From: Adineta vaga
Lineage: Eukaryota > Animalia > Rotifera
NCBI GenBank assembly: GCA_021613535.1
Contig: CP075494.1
Location: 16,866,520-16,930,519 of the forward strand
Direction: 5' to 3'
DNA length: 64,000 bases
Positions 53,101-64,000 of this stretch are shown in pieces. The position numbers and the translations under genes are program-made. Numbering within the stretch: position 1 is the first letter of the stretch; each line of letters begins with the position of its first letter. The notes under the pieces were generated by a model that worked only from the letters and a program-made list of their open reading frames with translations, was not told the origin of the DNA and did no database searches.

Positions 53101-56100
53101 CGCATTATATCTATACCCTCAAGATCAGTGGTGGATAATTCTAAACATCAATGTATATCACAATTACGAGAGAATTCTTCTTTGAGACGAAGTCGCGCAT
53201 GAAAGTTCACTTCTGTTTTTATCCCATTGGGAAATACGATCTGAAAGGCCGTTAAAGTGTTTAAGGGCAGAAATCTGGATCCCATTCATCCTACAGACAC
53301 GACCAACAGGGCGAACAACCCCAAGCCCACCCTCACACTATACATGCAAAACGACAGAAGCTATATCTATGTTACAGGATAGATGAAGGTTCATCGTGTT
53401 TCAGATGTTCAACTCCAAAGAGATTGCGCTAACAGCTTTTTTTATTTTGTTTACTAAATTTTTGTTTGTTGGTTTGTTTGTGGATCTATTTTTTTAAATG
53501 AATTTGTGAAATATCTACTCTACACATTCATTGGTGTTTATTATATAATTTGATAAAAAAAATCAAACATCTGAAAATTAGAAACATACAATATATGTTT
53601 CTGAATATGTTGCATAGATAAAACAAATAACGCTCGTCGTGCCAACTCACTTAACCCTCGACTGTGGATGACAGACATTTTTTATGTTCGCGCGACGACA
53701 ATCATCGCCACTCCGAAGCATATATCAATATCATAGAAACAATTCTACAATGATATTTATTTATCAATACTCTATTCCATGATAAAAAACTAGATCTAAC
53801 AAATCTTTTTTTCCAATGCATCCGCCCCTACTTCATATACTTCAATCAAACATACAGACTTTTTTTTCCATTACATACGCTCCTCCAACCGACACTGTCT
53901 TCCACAGTCGAGAGTTAAGTGAGTCGGCACGACTAGCGTCACTTGTTATAATTTGAGTGCTCTCCCGATTTTTTAGAACCTGTCTATGGACATATCACAG
54001 ACCACGAGCAAAACCCACCATGGGCGACGATAAACCATCATGGGCGACTTTCAGTATTTATCTTTGGTTTTTTCGTTACATACATAAAGTTTGACCTATG
54101 ACCTTTGACCCTGACACAAACATACAAACAAATTTACATACTACCTATTTTTTTCATGTGACCCTCCTTACAGTCGAGGGGAAAATTTAACAAAAATGGC
54201 ACAAAGTAATCGAAGTACTAAAAGTATTGTAAAGTAGCTAGAAGTAGCTCAAAATAGCTTAAAGTAGTGCAAAGTAGCGCAAATTACATGTAAAGTACCT
54301 ATAAAGAGACTTGAGGTACACAAAGATACGTGAAGTCACTTCAAATACAAAAGTCCGCTGTTTCCCCTTGGTCTAATGTCTGTCAAATGGTGGTCATTGT
54401 ATTGTTGTGAACCGTTCGACCTAAAGTGTCACGAGCAAAGTTGAAATCCTTCATTCTGTGGAGTGGTAATATATTGATGAAGCATAACTGCATTAGCTAC
54501 TGACAATATTCCACATGTGTCGTTTGTATTTTTACAAACCTCTGTGTAATTTCAACAGGCTCATACTGAAAACCGTAATGTTCCATCGAGTTTGGTAAAA
54601 TTGAACATAACTAACATGTATCTGCAGTTAGTACATTGATCAAATGAACTAAGTAGCATATAATGAGATAACTATCGATTCTTATTCTGCAAATCATGAT
54701 AATAAACTACCTTCGGAATTTCACAGGACCAGCATCATCTGCACAAACATGTCTTTATCTTGATCACAAACGATCTATCGACGTGAACAAACAACAAGCA
54801 ATACTCATTAGTAATCTACCATTTATTTATCGTCTTCATGCACAACATACTTTATCAATAAAACGACTTCATCGAGCTCTCCAACTCGTCGTTGATAAAC
54901 ATCCATCACTTCATACATCACTCATCTTTGATACACAAAATAATCAACTCATCCAACGAATCACATCTCACAAGCATAGCAACAACAAAACAATGTTCTC
55001 ATTTACTCAAAGTAGCTATGAAACAGATGAACAACTCAACAATATCATGCATGATGAAAGAAAAAATACTCAACATTTTGATCTGGCTCAAGGTCTTGTC
55101 TTTCGATGTCATCTTATACATTACAAAGAGATCATCTCATCAAATGATCTTCTTTCTCATAAAGATCTACTTATCTTCAATTTTCATCATGCTTTATTTG
55201 ATTTTCCATCGATGAATATCTTTCTTCATGATCTCAATCAAGCCTATACAACAAGTCAACTATCTATTGATCAAGACAACACTACTCTACGCTATCTCGA
55301 TTGTAAATATACAAATTGTTTATCTCCTTTCTTCTCTTTTCATAAAACATTACTCATCTATCTTGTTTAGATGCTGTCATCGAACAACAAATGTCAATGA
55401 CTGGTGCACAAATGTATTGGTATGATACTCTTTATGGTTGTCAACTCGATCAACCTCTATCATTACCCTATGATCGACATCGTCTCTCAAACGAATATTC
55501 ATCTCATCGTGCAGCATCTATCTCATTCGATTTTGGTCAAGATCTTTCACATGAGTTTCTCACCTATGCATCATCACATGATATCTCACTTCAACATCTC
55601 ACATTTGCTATCTATTTCATATTCTTATTCAGATTGACTAAAGGACAAAGAGATCTATGTCTTGGAATGACTATTAATAATCGATATCGAGATGAACTTC
55701 GATCAGTGATTGGGTTATTTGATAATATCATTCCATTGAGATGTGAACTTGATGTGGATTGGTGTTTTGATCAAGTGATGAACAATGTTCGAGAGATGAT
55801 GACACGTTCAATTAAATATTCTTATTATCCACTTGAACGTATTCTACGTGATCAGCATTTTCATCTAACGCCACATGCTGCATGTGTCCATACATCATTT
55901 GAATTTATATCATCATCATCATCATCGAAGGGAGAAGATAACACGAATGAAATCGATATTGGCAATAGTAGATTATCTCCGATACCATTGTCAATAATCA
56001 TGAACAAAGATGAAATGATGAGTCAGTGGGAATTCTATCTTTCTGTTCATCATGATATTCATTCGAGTCAGATGTCATGCACAATCCATGCATCACTTGA

Positions 56101-59100
56101 TTTCTTTTATCGAGACACAGTTGCATTGATCTCACAGCGATTTCATTCATTCTTACATCAACTATTTACATCTATTGATAATCAACTGAATAAATCGATC
56201 TATGAATTATCATTCATATTACCCAACGAAAGATTACTCACACAATCGTTGAACAACACTACTCAAATATCATTCTCTTCGATGAGATGTATTCATCATG
56301 AATTTGTGCGTCAAGTGATGAGCCATCCACAAAAACTAGCTGTTGAATTGGATGATCAATCTTTGACATATGCTGAACTATTATATTATGTTCAGCTGTT
56401 ATCGTCACACCTCTTAACTCACTATAATATCCTTCCAGGTGAAGTAATTTGTCAATGTGTCGAGAGAAGTCTGTCAATGGTGAGTCGGTTCTTTTAACAA
56501 GTCTTCTCTTGCACATATCATTAATATTTCTCAGGTCATTGGTACGATGGGAATCGAAATGGTAGGTGGTGTGTATTGCCCATTATCACCTCGAGATCCA
56601 CAGTATCGATTAAATACACTTCTAAAACAAACTGAAGCTCGGCTTGTTCTTGTGCATCATTTAACAAAACATAAGGTCGTCGATCATAGTAATTTATGCG
56701 ATGTTGAGTGGATATTGAGGGAGAATGCTGTGAACAATGTCTGCGACGTTTACCGATTGTCAAATGTAGTAGTCACGGCGGATGACATAGCTTATATCAT
56801 TTTCACCAGTGGATCTACTGGCATACCAAAGCCGGTGAGTAATTTTGATCCCATGACTATGAAGCTGGATCGACTGTTTCGCCCTGTTTTAGGTTCAAGT
56901 ACGACATCGAAATTTTACTCAATTTATGTGCTCATTATTCCATAGTGGTGTATTGAATGAGAACGACATAATTGTACAAATTGCGCGTTGCTCTTATGAT
57001 GCTCACGTTCAAGATATAATAGGTTCATTAACCACTGGAACCACTCTGGCTATGCTACATCCAGGAGGAATCATTGATTTCGATTATCTTGCCACGGTTA
57101 TCGAAAAAAAAAGAATTACTTGTATCACTACTGTACCAATCATATTACAAAATTTCTTCACTTTTCTCCGACAAAACCGATATCTCAATGCCACCAGATA
57201 TCTACGGTCCATTTCTGCTGGCGGTATGCGATCTCTAGATGAATACATTATTTCGTATAACACTTTGCACTACATTCTAGGTGAGGCCTACTCTGTACAA
57301 TTAGCAAAACTAATTCAAACCACAGTGAAATTTGATTGTCAACTGTGGAATGTGTATGGACCCGCCGAGGCAACTATTGGTTGTTTATTTTACCTACTCA
57401 ATAGGACAGAAGATATGCAGAACGTTCCTATTGGTAAACCACTTCCTAACTATCGATGTATGATCATGGATGATTATTCACAATCCCCTCTGGCAAATCA
57501 AGAAGGTGAATTATACATTGGAGGGGTAGGCGTCTTTGCCGGATATCTCGGACGCGATGATTTGACATCGAAAGCACTTATCGATGTCAACGGTGAGCTG
57601 TTCTATCGAACAGGCGATCTTGTACGAATGGATGCAAATGGAATGCTTCATTACATTGGTCGAAAAGATCATCAAGTCAAACTTCGAGGACAACGCATTG
57701 AACTTGGTGAAATCGAACGATGTTTACTCAACATGTCCATCATCTCTGCTTGTGTTGTTATCAAATGGAATGAAGATCATCTTGTGGCTTATATTCAATC
57801 TTCTCATCTCATAGAAGAACAACAACTCAGACAACATTGCCAATCTCATCTTCCACCACATATGATTCCATCTTTTTTCATCATTCTCGAACAACTACCT
57901 CTGAATGCTAATGGCAAGATTGATCGAAAACATCTTCCTTCACCTCAGTTTCCATCATCGACTTCATCAAAATATTCTACGAATGTCGGCGATGAATTCC
58001 TACAACCAACAAATGACATCGAACAGATCATTCATAAAATCTGGTGTGATATCTTTCATCAGAACCAAATCTCCATCAACACCAATATCTTTACAATTGG
58101 TGGTCATTCTCTCCTTGTCATGCAACTCTTTCATCGATATAAGATCGAGTTTCATCTAGAATCTAGTTCTCTTTCCATTTTCCATTTTTTTCAATATCCA
58201 ACCATCGCCGAGCATGCCCATTTCATTCATCAAACTCTTAACATCATCATTGAAGACATTGATCATCATCATCACCAATGGTCAACGTTACATCTCACTC
58301 AAGGTAAATGCTACCGTCATATACACTTCACTAACTCTATTACCTCTTTCTCTTCATTCTAGCAAAGGCATCGTACGCACAAGAACGTATCTTCTTAGAT
58401 GAACACATTCGTTTCTTCTCCTCCTCCTCCTCTTCCTCCTTCTCATCATCATCATCATCATCATCCATAAATGCCAGTCATCATTATAACATCTATGCGA
58501 TTCCATTACTATATCGTCTCTCATCTCACAATACTTATGTTTCAATCTTTCGATTACGTCATGCATTTCAAAGTCTTATCAGCAAACATAACATTCTTCG
58601 AACAGCACTCTATCTGAATGATGCCAATGGTAGTATTGTACAAGAACGTTTAGATGTATCTTCAAATATGAATGATATGATATCATGTCGATTCACTGTT
58701 GTTAACCTTGACAATGATGATGATGATGATGATCGTCATCGACGTGATATTGTTCACAACATTCTTATTCGAAGTGATTTGTTTGATTTATCACAAGGAT
58801 ACGTCATCAATTGTCATCTTCTTCGCCACTATCGATCATCATCATCATCATCATCATCTTTGCCAGATAATGATGATCTTCTGACTACAGGCGATTGGAT
58901 CTTATTTACTCTTCATCATGCAGCATTTGATGGAGCGTCAAGATCGATCTTCCTTCGTGATCTTGCTCTCGCTTACGACCAGAATGAGAATTTCTTGTTG
59001 AATACTGATACATTGCAATATATTGATTATTCTGTATATGAACATTGCATGGATATGACATTATCTTGTCAATTCTGGCGTGATCAACTACAAGGATATG

Positions 59101-62100
59101 ATTTTCAACGTCATTTATCATTACCTCTTGATCGACATCGTTCATCAACTGATCAACGATCACATGTAGCATGTACAGTTCAATTGATATTCGATGATGA
59201 CATATGCACATCATTTCTTCATTATGCATCATCGCATCATCTCACTTTCTTTCAACTTGGGTTGGCTACATTCTATACATTTCTATTCAAATTAACTCAT
59301 GGCCACCGTGATTTGTGTGTAGCTTCGATCAATGCTAATCGATATCGAAATGAAATACTCAATATAATAGGCATGTTTGTATCAACATTACCATACCGTC
59401 TTCATATCGACGATCACCACTGGTCATTTGATGAACTTGTGAGACATGTACAAGAGAAATGTTTATCGATCCTGGAACATTCTCATTATCCATTACAAGA
59501 GATTCTCTCCCAGTTCCATGTCAATCAATCGAATGCTGCATTTCTCGACATGATGTTTGATTTAATAACTGTTTCTTCTGAACATACTCAACTATCTTTG
59601 GATAGAGCAAACTTGGAGCAACTATCATTAGAAGAAACAGATGAAATGGCTAAATTTGATTCTATGTTCACATTAGTTTATGATTCAACATCACATGTTG
59701 ATCGATTATCATGTGTTTTAGTGTGCTCACAAGATGTGTTCGAGCAGTCATCAGTGGTACTTTTAAGTCAAAGACTACGACATTTCTATCAACAGCTTTT
59801 TTCATTAAATCTAAGTGTCGATGAAACGAATTCATGTCGTGAGTCAATATGGAAACTTGATCTTATTTTGCCGGAAGAAGCTAGTGAAATCAGCGACGTC
59901 TTATTTTGTCAACAATCCAATATCGTGAACGAAGGTATATTCATGTTCATTTGTTGACAACTTGAAGTGCTGTATTCTTGAAAATGACATAAGGTTCTTG
60001 ATTACCCAAATAGCTTCGATTCACATGGTTACTGCCTGATTGTCAAAGACTTTCTGATGATTTTCAGCAGATGAAAGCTTGATCATAAGTAAAAAGAAGG
60101 TTTTCTTACCTAGGTTATTATGCTTAGCTTAGATTCACTTGGAATGACAATAGAAATCATATATTCTTACGCTAATATGTAGATGTCATTCAATTGTCGA
60201 CTCTTGCTCTGCTCGAATATGATATATCATGGTATTATCTTCATACCATATGAAATACGGCTTTTGATAACTTGCAGATGATTTATAGAAGATTATCTTA
60301 TGTCTACGCATAAGAGAAAAGAAATCATTCTGCAAGCTGCTTGATCAACCGGAGTAAAATCTGAAGCAATCCGATTCCAGTAGGATTGCTCTCATCTAAT
60401 GGAAGGATACAGAGTAATATGGTTCAGGCGAGTTTCGAGACTTGAGGATTGTTTTTTATGTATTTCCAGCAATAACATCTTTCGCATCGTAAGACTAAAG
60501 AAATAGGTCAATAGTGCTCTATTTCTAATTATTAACGATTGCTTTCATTACCAACTATTGTCAGTGTTTATCTTGATTGCAGTGAGTCTCCCTCTTAGAA
60601 ACAATAGATCAATTTTGAAGATGGGTCCGAGTGATTCTTTGATGCTATTGAGTCATAAGGCAAGTGTAAAGAGTCAGAATAGCCTATACTGGTTTGACCT
60701 ACTTCTCCCTTACACATTATTATTAAAAATGTATTATTGACCACATCATACAATCTAGCACCAGCATCCTATGCTCAAGCTCGCATTTGGCTCGATGAAC
60801 GACTTCGATTCGATCCAGAAAATCCACAAGTGGCTATCTATAACATGCCTTTTGTCTATCGTCTCTCTCCAGATAACACTTTGTCTATTCAACGATTTCA
60901 TCGAGCTCTCCAACTCGTCGTTGATAAACATCCATCACTTCATACATCACTCATCTTTGATACACAAAATAATCAACTCATCCAACGAATCACATCTCAC
61001 AAGCATAGCAACAACAAAACAATGTTCTCATTTACTCAAAGTAGCTATGAAACAGATGAACAACTCAACAATATCATGCATGATGAAAGAAAAAATACTC
61101 AACATTTTGATCTGGCTCAAGGTCTTGTCTTTCGATGTCATCTTATACATTACAAAGAGATCATCTCATCAAATGATCTTCTTTCTCATAAAGATCTACT
61201 TATCTTCAATTTTCATCATGCTTTATTTGATTTTCCATCGATGAATATCTTTCTTCATGATCTCAATCAAGCCTATACAACAAGTCAACTATCTATTGAT
61301 CAAGACAACACTACTCTACGCTATCTCGATTGTAAATATACAAATTGTTTATCTCCTTTCTTCTCTTTTCATAAAACATTACTCATCTATCTTGTTTAGA
61401 TGCTGTCATCGAACAACAAATGTCAATGACTGGTGCACAAATGTATTGGTATGATACTCTTTATGGTTGTCAACTCGATCAACCTCTATCATTACCCTAT
61501 GATCGATATCGTCTTTCGAATGAACATCGAACTGGCCGTGGAATACCTATTTCTTTCAATCTTGGTCAAGATCTTTCACATGAGTTTATTACTTATGCAT
61601 CATCAAATAATATCGAACTTGGCCATCTCGCACTTGCTATATACTATCTATTCTTATTCAAAATTAGTAACGGAGAAAAAGACTTATGTATTGGCATAAA
61701 TACGGATGATCGATATCGAGATGAATTTCAATCAATAATTGGCATGTTTGTCAATGCTATACCATTACGATGTCAATTAGATCCGTCTTGGTGTTTTCAT
61801 CAATTACTTGACAATGTTCGATCGATGACAACCAATTGTATGAAATATTCTTATTATCCTCTTCAACATATTCTCAATCAACATCCTCATGTATCACATC
61901 CTGCATTTCTCGATATATCATTCGAGTTCATCTCATCTATGGGACAAAACGATGAGAATGAAGTGATGATTGGTGATAGTCGACTTTGCACTGTATCGTT
62001 TGTGGTGAATATCAATGAAGATGAAGTAATGAGCAAGTTTGATTTTATTGTTAATATTCATCATCAAATGATGACGAATGAACTCTCATGCAGTATTTCT

Positions 62101-64000
62101 GCATCAGTGGATTTGTTCAATGTGGAAACTGTCTCTCAGATTGCACAAAGACTCCATACAATAGTTCAACATCTGTTTACATCTGCTGATAGAAGTATGA
62201 AGAAATCACTTGATGAACAATCATGTACACTGAGAAATGAAAGATTATTGATACAATCAATCAATCATACACAAACATCTTATTCTTCTCTTGAATGTAT
62301 TCATCATGAATTTGTGCGTCAAGTGATGAGCCATCCACAAAAACTAGCTGTTGAATTGGATGATCAATCTTTGACATATGCTGAACTATTATATTATGTT
62401 CAGCTGTTATCGTCACACCTCTTAACTCACTATAATATCCTTCCAGGTGAAGTAATTTGTCAATGTGTCGAGAGAAGTCTGTCAATGGTGAGTCGGTTCT
62501 TTTAACAAGTCTTCTCTTGCACATATCATTAATATTTCTCAGGTCATTGGTATGATGGCAATCGAAATGGTAGGTGGTGTGTATTGCCCATTATCACCTC
62601 GAGATCCACAACATCGTCTACATGCACTTGTACAACAAACTCAAGCTCGTCTTGTTCTCGTTCATTGGCTGACAAAAGAGAAGTTGCAAAATGATGTTAC
62701 TCCCCTTGATATCGATTTACGATTGATTGTTGACTATAATAAGCAGTATAATGTCGTCGTTCATCAATTGTCCGATGTGGTAGTCACACCTAAGGATGTA
62801 GCTTATGTAATCTTCACAAGTGGATCTACTGGAATACCAAAAGCAGTTCGTTGATCTTTGACTCATTTCTAATTGACGTTTGATTTTTGTGTTTTGATAT
62901 GATAGGTCCAAGTTCGACATGAGAACTTTACTCATTGTATGCGTACTTTAACGTACATCAATAACTTCAATACTGATGATATAGCTGTACAAATGGCACG
63001 ATGTTCATTTGACATCCATGTTCAAGAGATCTTCGGCATCTTAACATATGGAGCAACACTAGTTATGCTTCACCCTCGAGGAACTATGGATTTGAATTAC
63101 TTAGCTAGTGTCTTGTATAAAAAGCAAACCACATACATGCACGCTGTGCCGAGTTTGCTTCACAGTTTCTTTACTTTTCTGGAGTATTCTAATGCTTGTT
63201 ATGTCTTGAAGTTTCTCCGATCACTCTGCAGCAGTGGTAAGTGACCAATGTACATATGTACGTTCTCCTGCAATCCAAATTTACTATATATTGTAGGTGA
63301 AGCGTTCTCTCCGAAATTGGCTGATCTAGTCAGAAATGCTTGTATACTACATTGTAATGTATGGAATCTATATGGTCCAGCTGAGACAACCATTGGTTCT
63401 ACTTACCATCGTGTCGAAGTTATATCGGATACACATGTCATTCCTATTGGTAAACCACTTCCTAACTATCGATGTATGATCATGGATGATTATTCACAAT
63501 CCCCTCTGGCAAATCAAGAAGGTGAATTATACATTGGAGGGGTAGGCGTCTTTGCCGGATATCTCGGACGCGATGATTTGACATCGAAAGCACTTATCGA
63601 TGTCAACGGTGAGCTGTTCTATCGAACAGGCGATCTTGTACGAATGGATGCAAATGGAATGCTTCATTACATTGGTCGAAAAGATCATCAAGTCAAACTT
63701 CGAGGACAACGCATTGAACTTGGTGAAATCGAACGATGTTTACTCAACATGTCCATCATCTCTGCTTGTGTTGTTATCAAATGGAATGAAGATCATCTTG
63801 TGGCTTATATTCAATCTTCTCATCTCATAGAAGAACAACAACTCAGACAACATTGCCAATCTCATCTTCCACCACATATGATTCCATCTTTTTTCATCAT
63901 TCTCGAACAACTACCTCTGAATGCTAATGGCAAGATTGATCGAAAACATCTTCCTTCACCTCAGTTTTCATCATCGACTTCATCACCATCCGACGAATCG
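41029..64000 (+). CDS. Spliced multimodular non-ribosomal peptide synthetase: [Cy tail]-A(Cys)[Ox]-T-C-C-A-T-C-C-A..., running off the window; 5' end unresolved, one frameshift at 43411-43415
   Basis: Inferred exons 41029-44190, 44257-45747, 54727-55302, 55371-56479, 56535-56834, 56893-57223, 57281-58303, 58363-59934, 60759-61331, 61400-62487, 62543-62845, 62906-63236, 63297->64000. All introns are GT-AG and phase-compatible. A motifs (Y/F)TSGSTGxPK, YRTGD, GRKD.QVK.(H/R)G.RIELGEIE, NGKIDRK; T motifs GGNSL, GGHSL; C motifs S(F/Y)AQ, HHxxFD. Confidence 0.88.
46670..46932. mobile_element. MITE with 8-bp TSD (P-element-like termini), TACTCC/GGAGTA repeats
   Basis: TSD GTCCAAAC (46662-46669, 46933-46940); TIR C(T/A)AGGGGGAAAAAGCG. 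Confidence 0.88.
47435..48526. mobile_element. Old non-autonomous hAT-like element
   Basis: Flanks GTGCATAT / GCGCATAT (7/8 match); degenerate inverted termini with CAGGC/GCCTG sub-terminal repeats. Confidence 0.6.
49961..50336. mobile_element. CACT-terminated (CMC/EnSpm-like) MITE
   Basis: CACTCTAAAAAAGAAGCG ... CGCTTTTTTTTTTACAGTG; internal ACCCTTAAAGGGT motifs. Confidence 0.68.
50915..51104. mobile_element. CACT-family MITE with ~55-bp TIRs
   Basis: GAGTTTTACCGAACCTGTAT.CAGGGGAAGATCCTTTG and its reverse complement; TA on both flanks. Confidence 0.8.
51624..51912. mobile_element. Second copy (inverted) of the 46670 MITE
   Basis: Reverse complement of 46670-46932 with extra TACTCC units; flanks GGTAAATG / GGTGAATG (7/8 match). 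Confidence 0.88.
53622..54185 (-). mobile_element. HINE family A copy with an additional inverted 3' terminus inside
   Basis: rc 5' end GACCCTCCTTACAGTCGAGGG (54160-54180); rc 3' end AATAACGCTCGTCG..TTAACCCTCGACTG (53626-53664); plus-strand 3' end at 53905-53947. Confidence 0.72.
54868..63985 (+). repeat. ~6.0-kb module duplication with three near-identical patches
   Basis: 54868-55477 = 60897-61506; 56287-56602 ~ 62295-62610; 57425-57969 ~ 63441-63985. Off-frame ORFs in the supplied track are identical between copies. Confidence 0.92.

Larger units (their letters stand above)
45748..54726 (+). other. ~9-kb TE-filled intron between tandem C domains
   Basis: GAAG|GTATGT donor and TTTCACAG|GACCAGCATCA acceptor give NEG-PASSAQ. 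Same position and phase as the 824-bp intron 59935-60758 (NEA-PASYAQ). Confidence 0.75.

Noticed and set aside
50394-54370. Single 4-kb element bounded by C(C/A)AGGGGAAACAGCG inverted ends with AAGTA repeats
   Set aside because: Ends are similar, but the flanking 8-mers (GTTCAGAA vs GTCTAATG) do not match, so they may be fragments of two insertions.
58354-59232. Alternative-frame ORFs with poly-Met/poly-Arg/poly-His
   Set aside because: Shadow frames of trinucleotide repeats within NRPS exons.
40927-64000. NRPS as bacterial contamination
   Set aside because: Twelve phase-compatible GT-AG introns, eukaryotic TEs inside an intron and host-like AT content; no gap lies within the gene.

Overview
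AT-rich eukaryotic genomic DNA with short GT-AG introns and one 23-N scaffold gap. The gene content (intron-containing NRPS, ART-TPR protein, single-exon GPCR, bacterial-type genes) points to a bdelloid rotifer; this is inference. Left part: a 5'-truncated LRR-like ORF, an ADP-ribosyltransferase-TPR gene with one in-frame stop, a bacterial-type homocysteine S-methyltransferase split by an apparently intact 3.07-kb hAT transposon (16-bp TIRs, 8-bp TSD), and a rhodopsin-like GPCR. 11.65-29.5 kb is a ~17.9-kb decayed Helentron (OTU + Rep + Pif1 helicase) with a nested RTE LINE and MITEs. 30-41 kb is a graveyard of MITEs, HINEs and a mariner fossil. From ~41 kb to the end lies a spliced multimodular NRPS. 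Its first module is an intronless, bacterial-looking Cys-specific A domain (code DLYNLSLIWK) with an embedded FMN-oxidase, i.e. an EpoB-like thiazole-forming module. It is joined, apparently within the T domain, to intron-rich C-C-A-T modules that share patches of near-identical DNA around divergent substrate pockets. In this assembly the first module lacks most of its upstream cyclization domain and has a 1-nt homopolymer frameshift.
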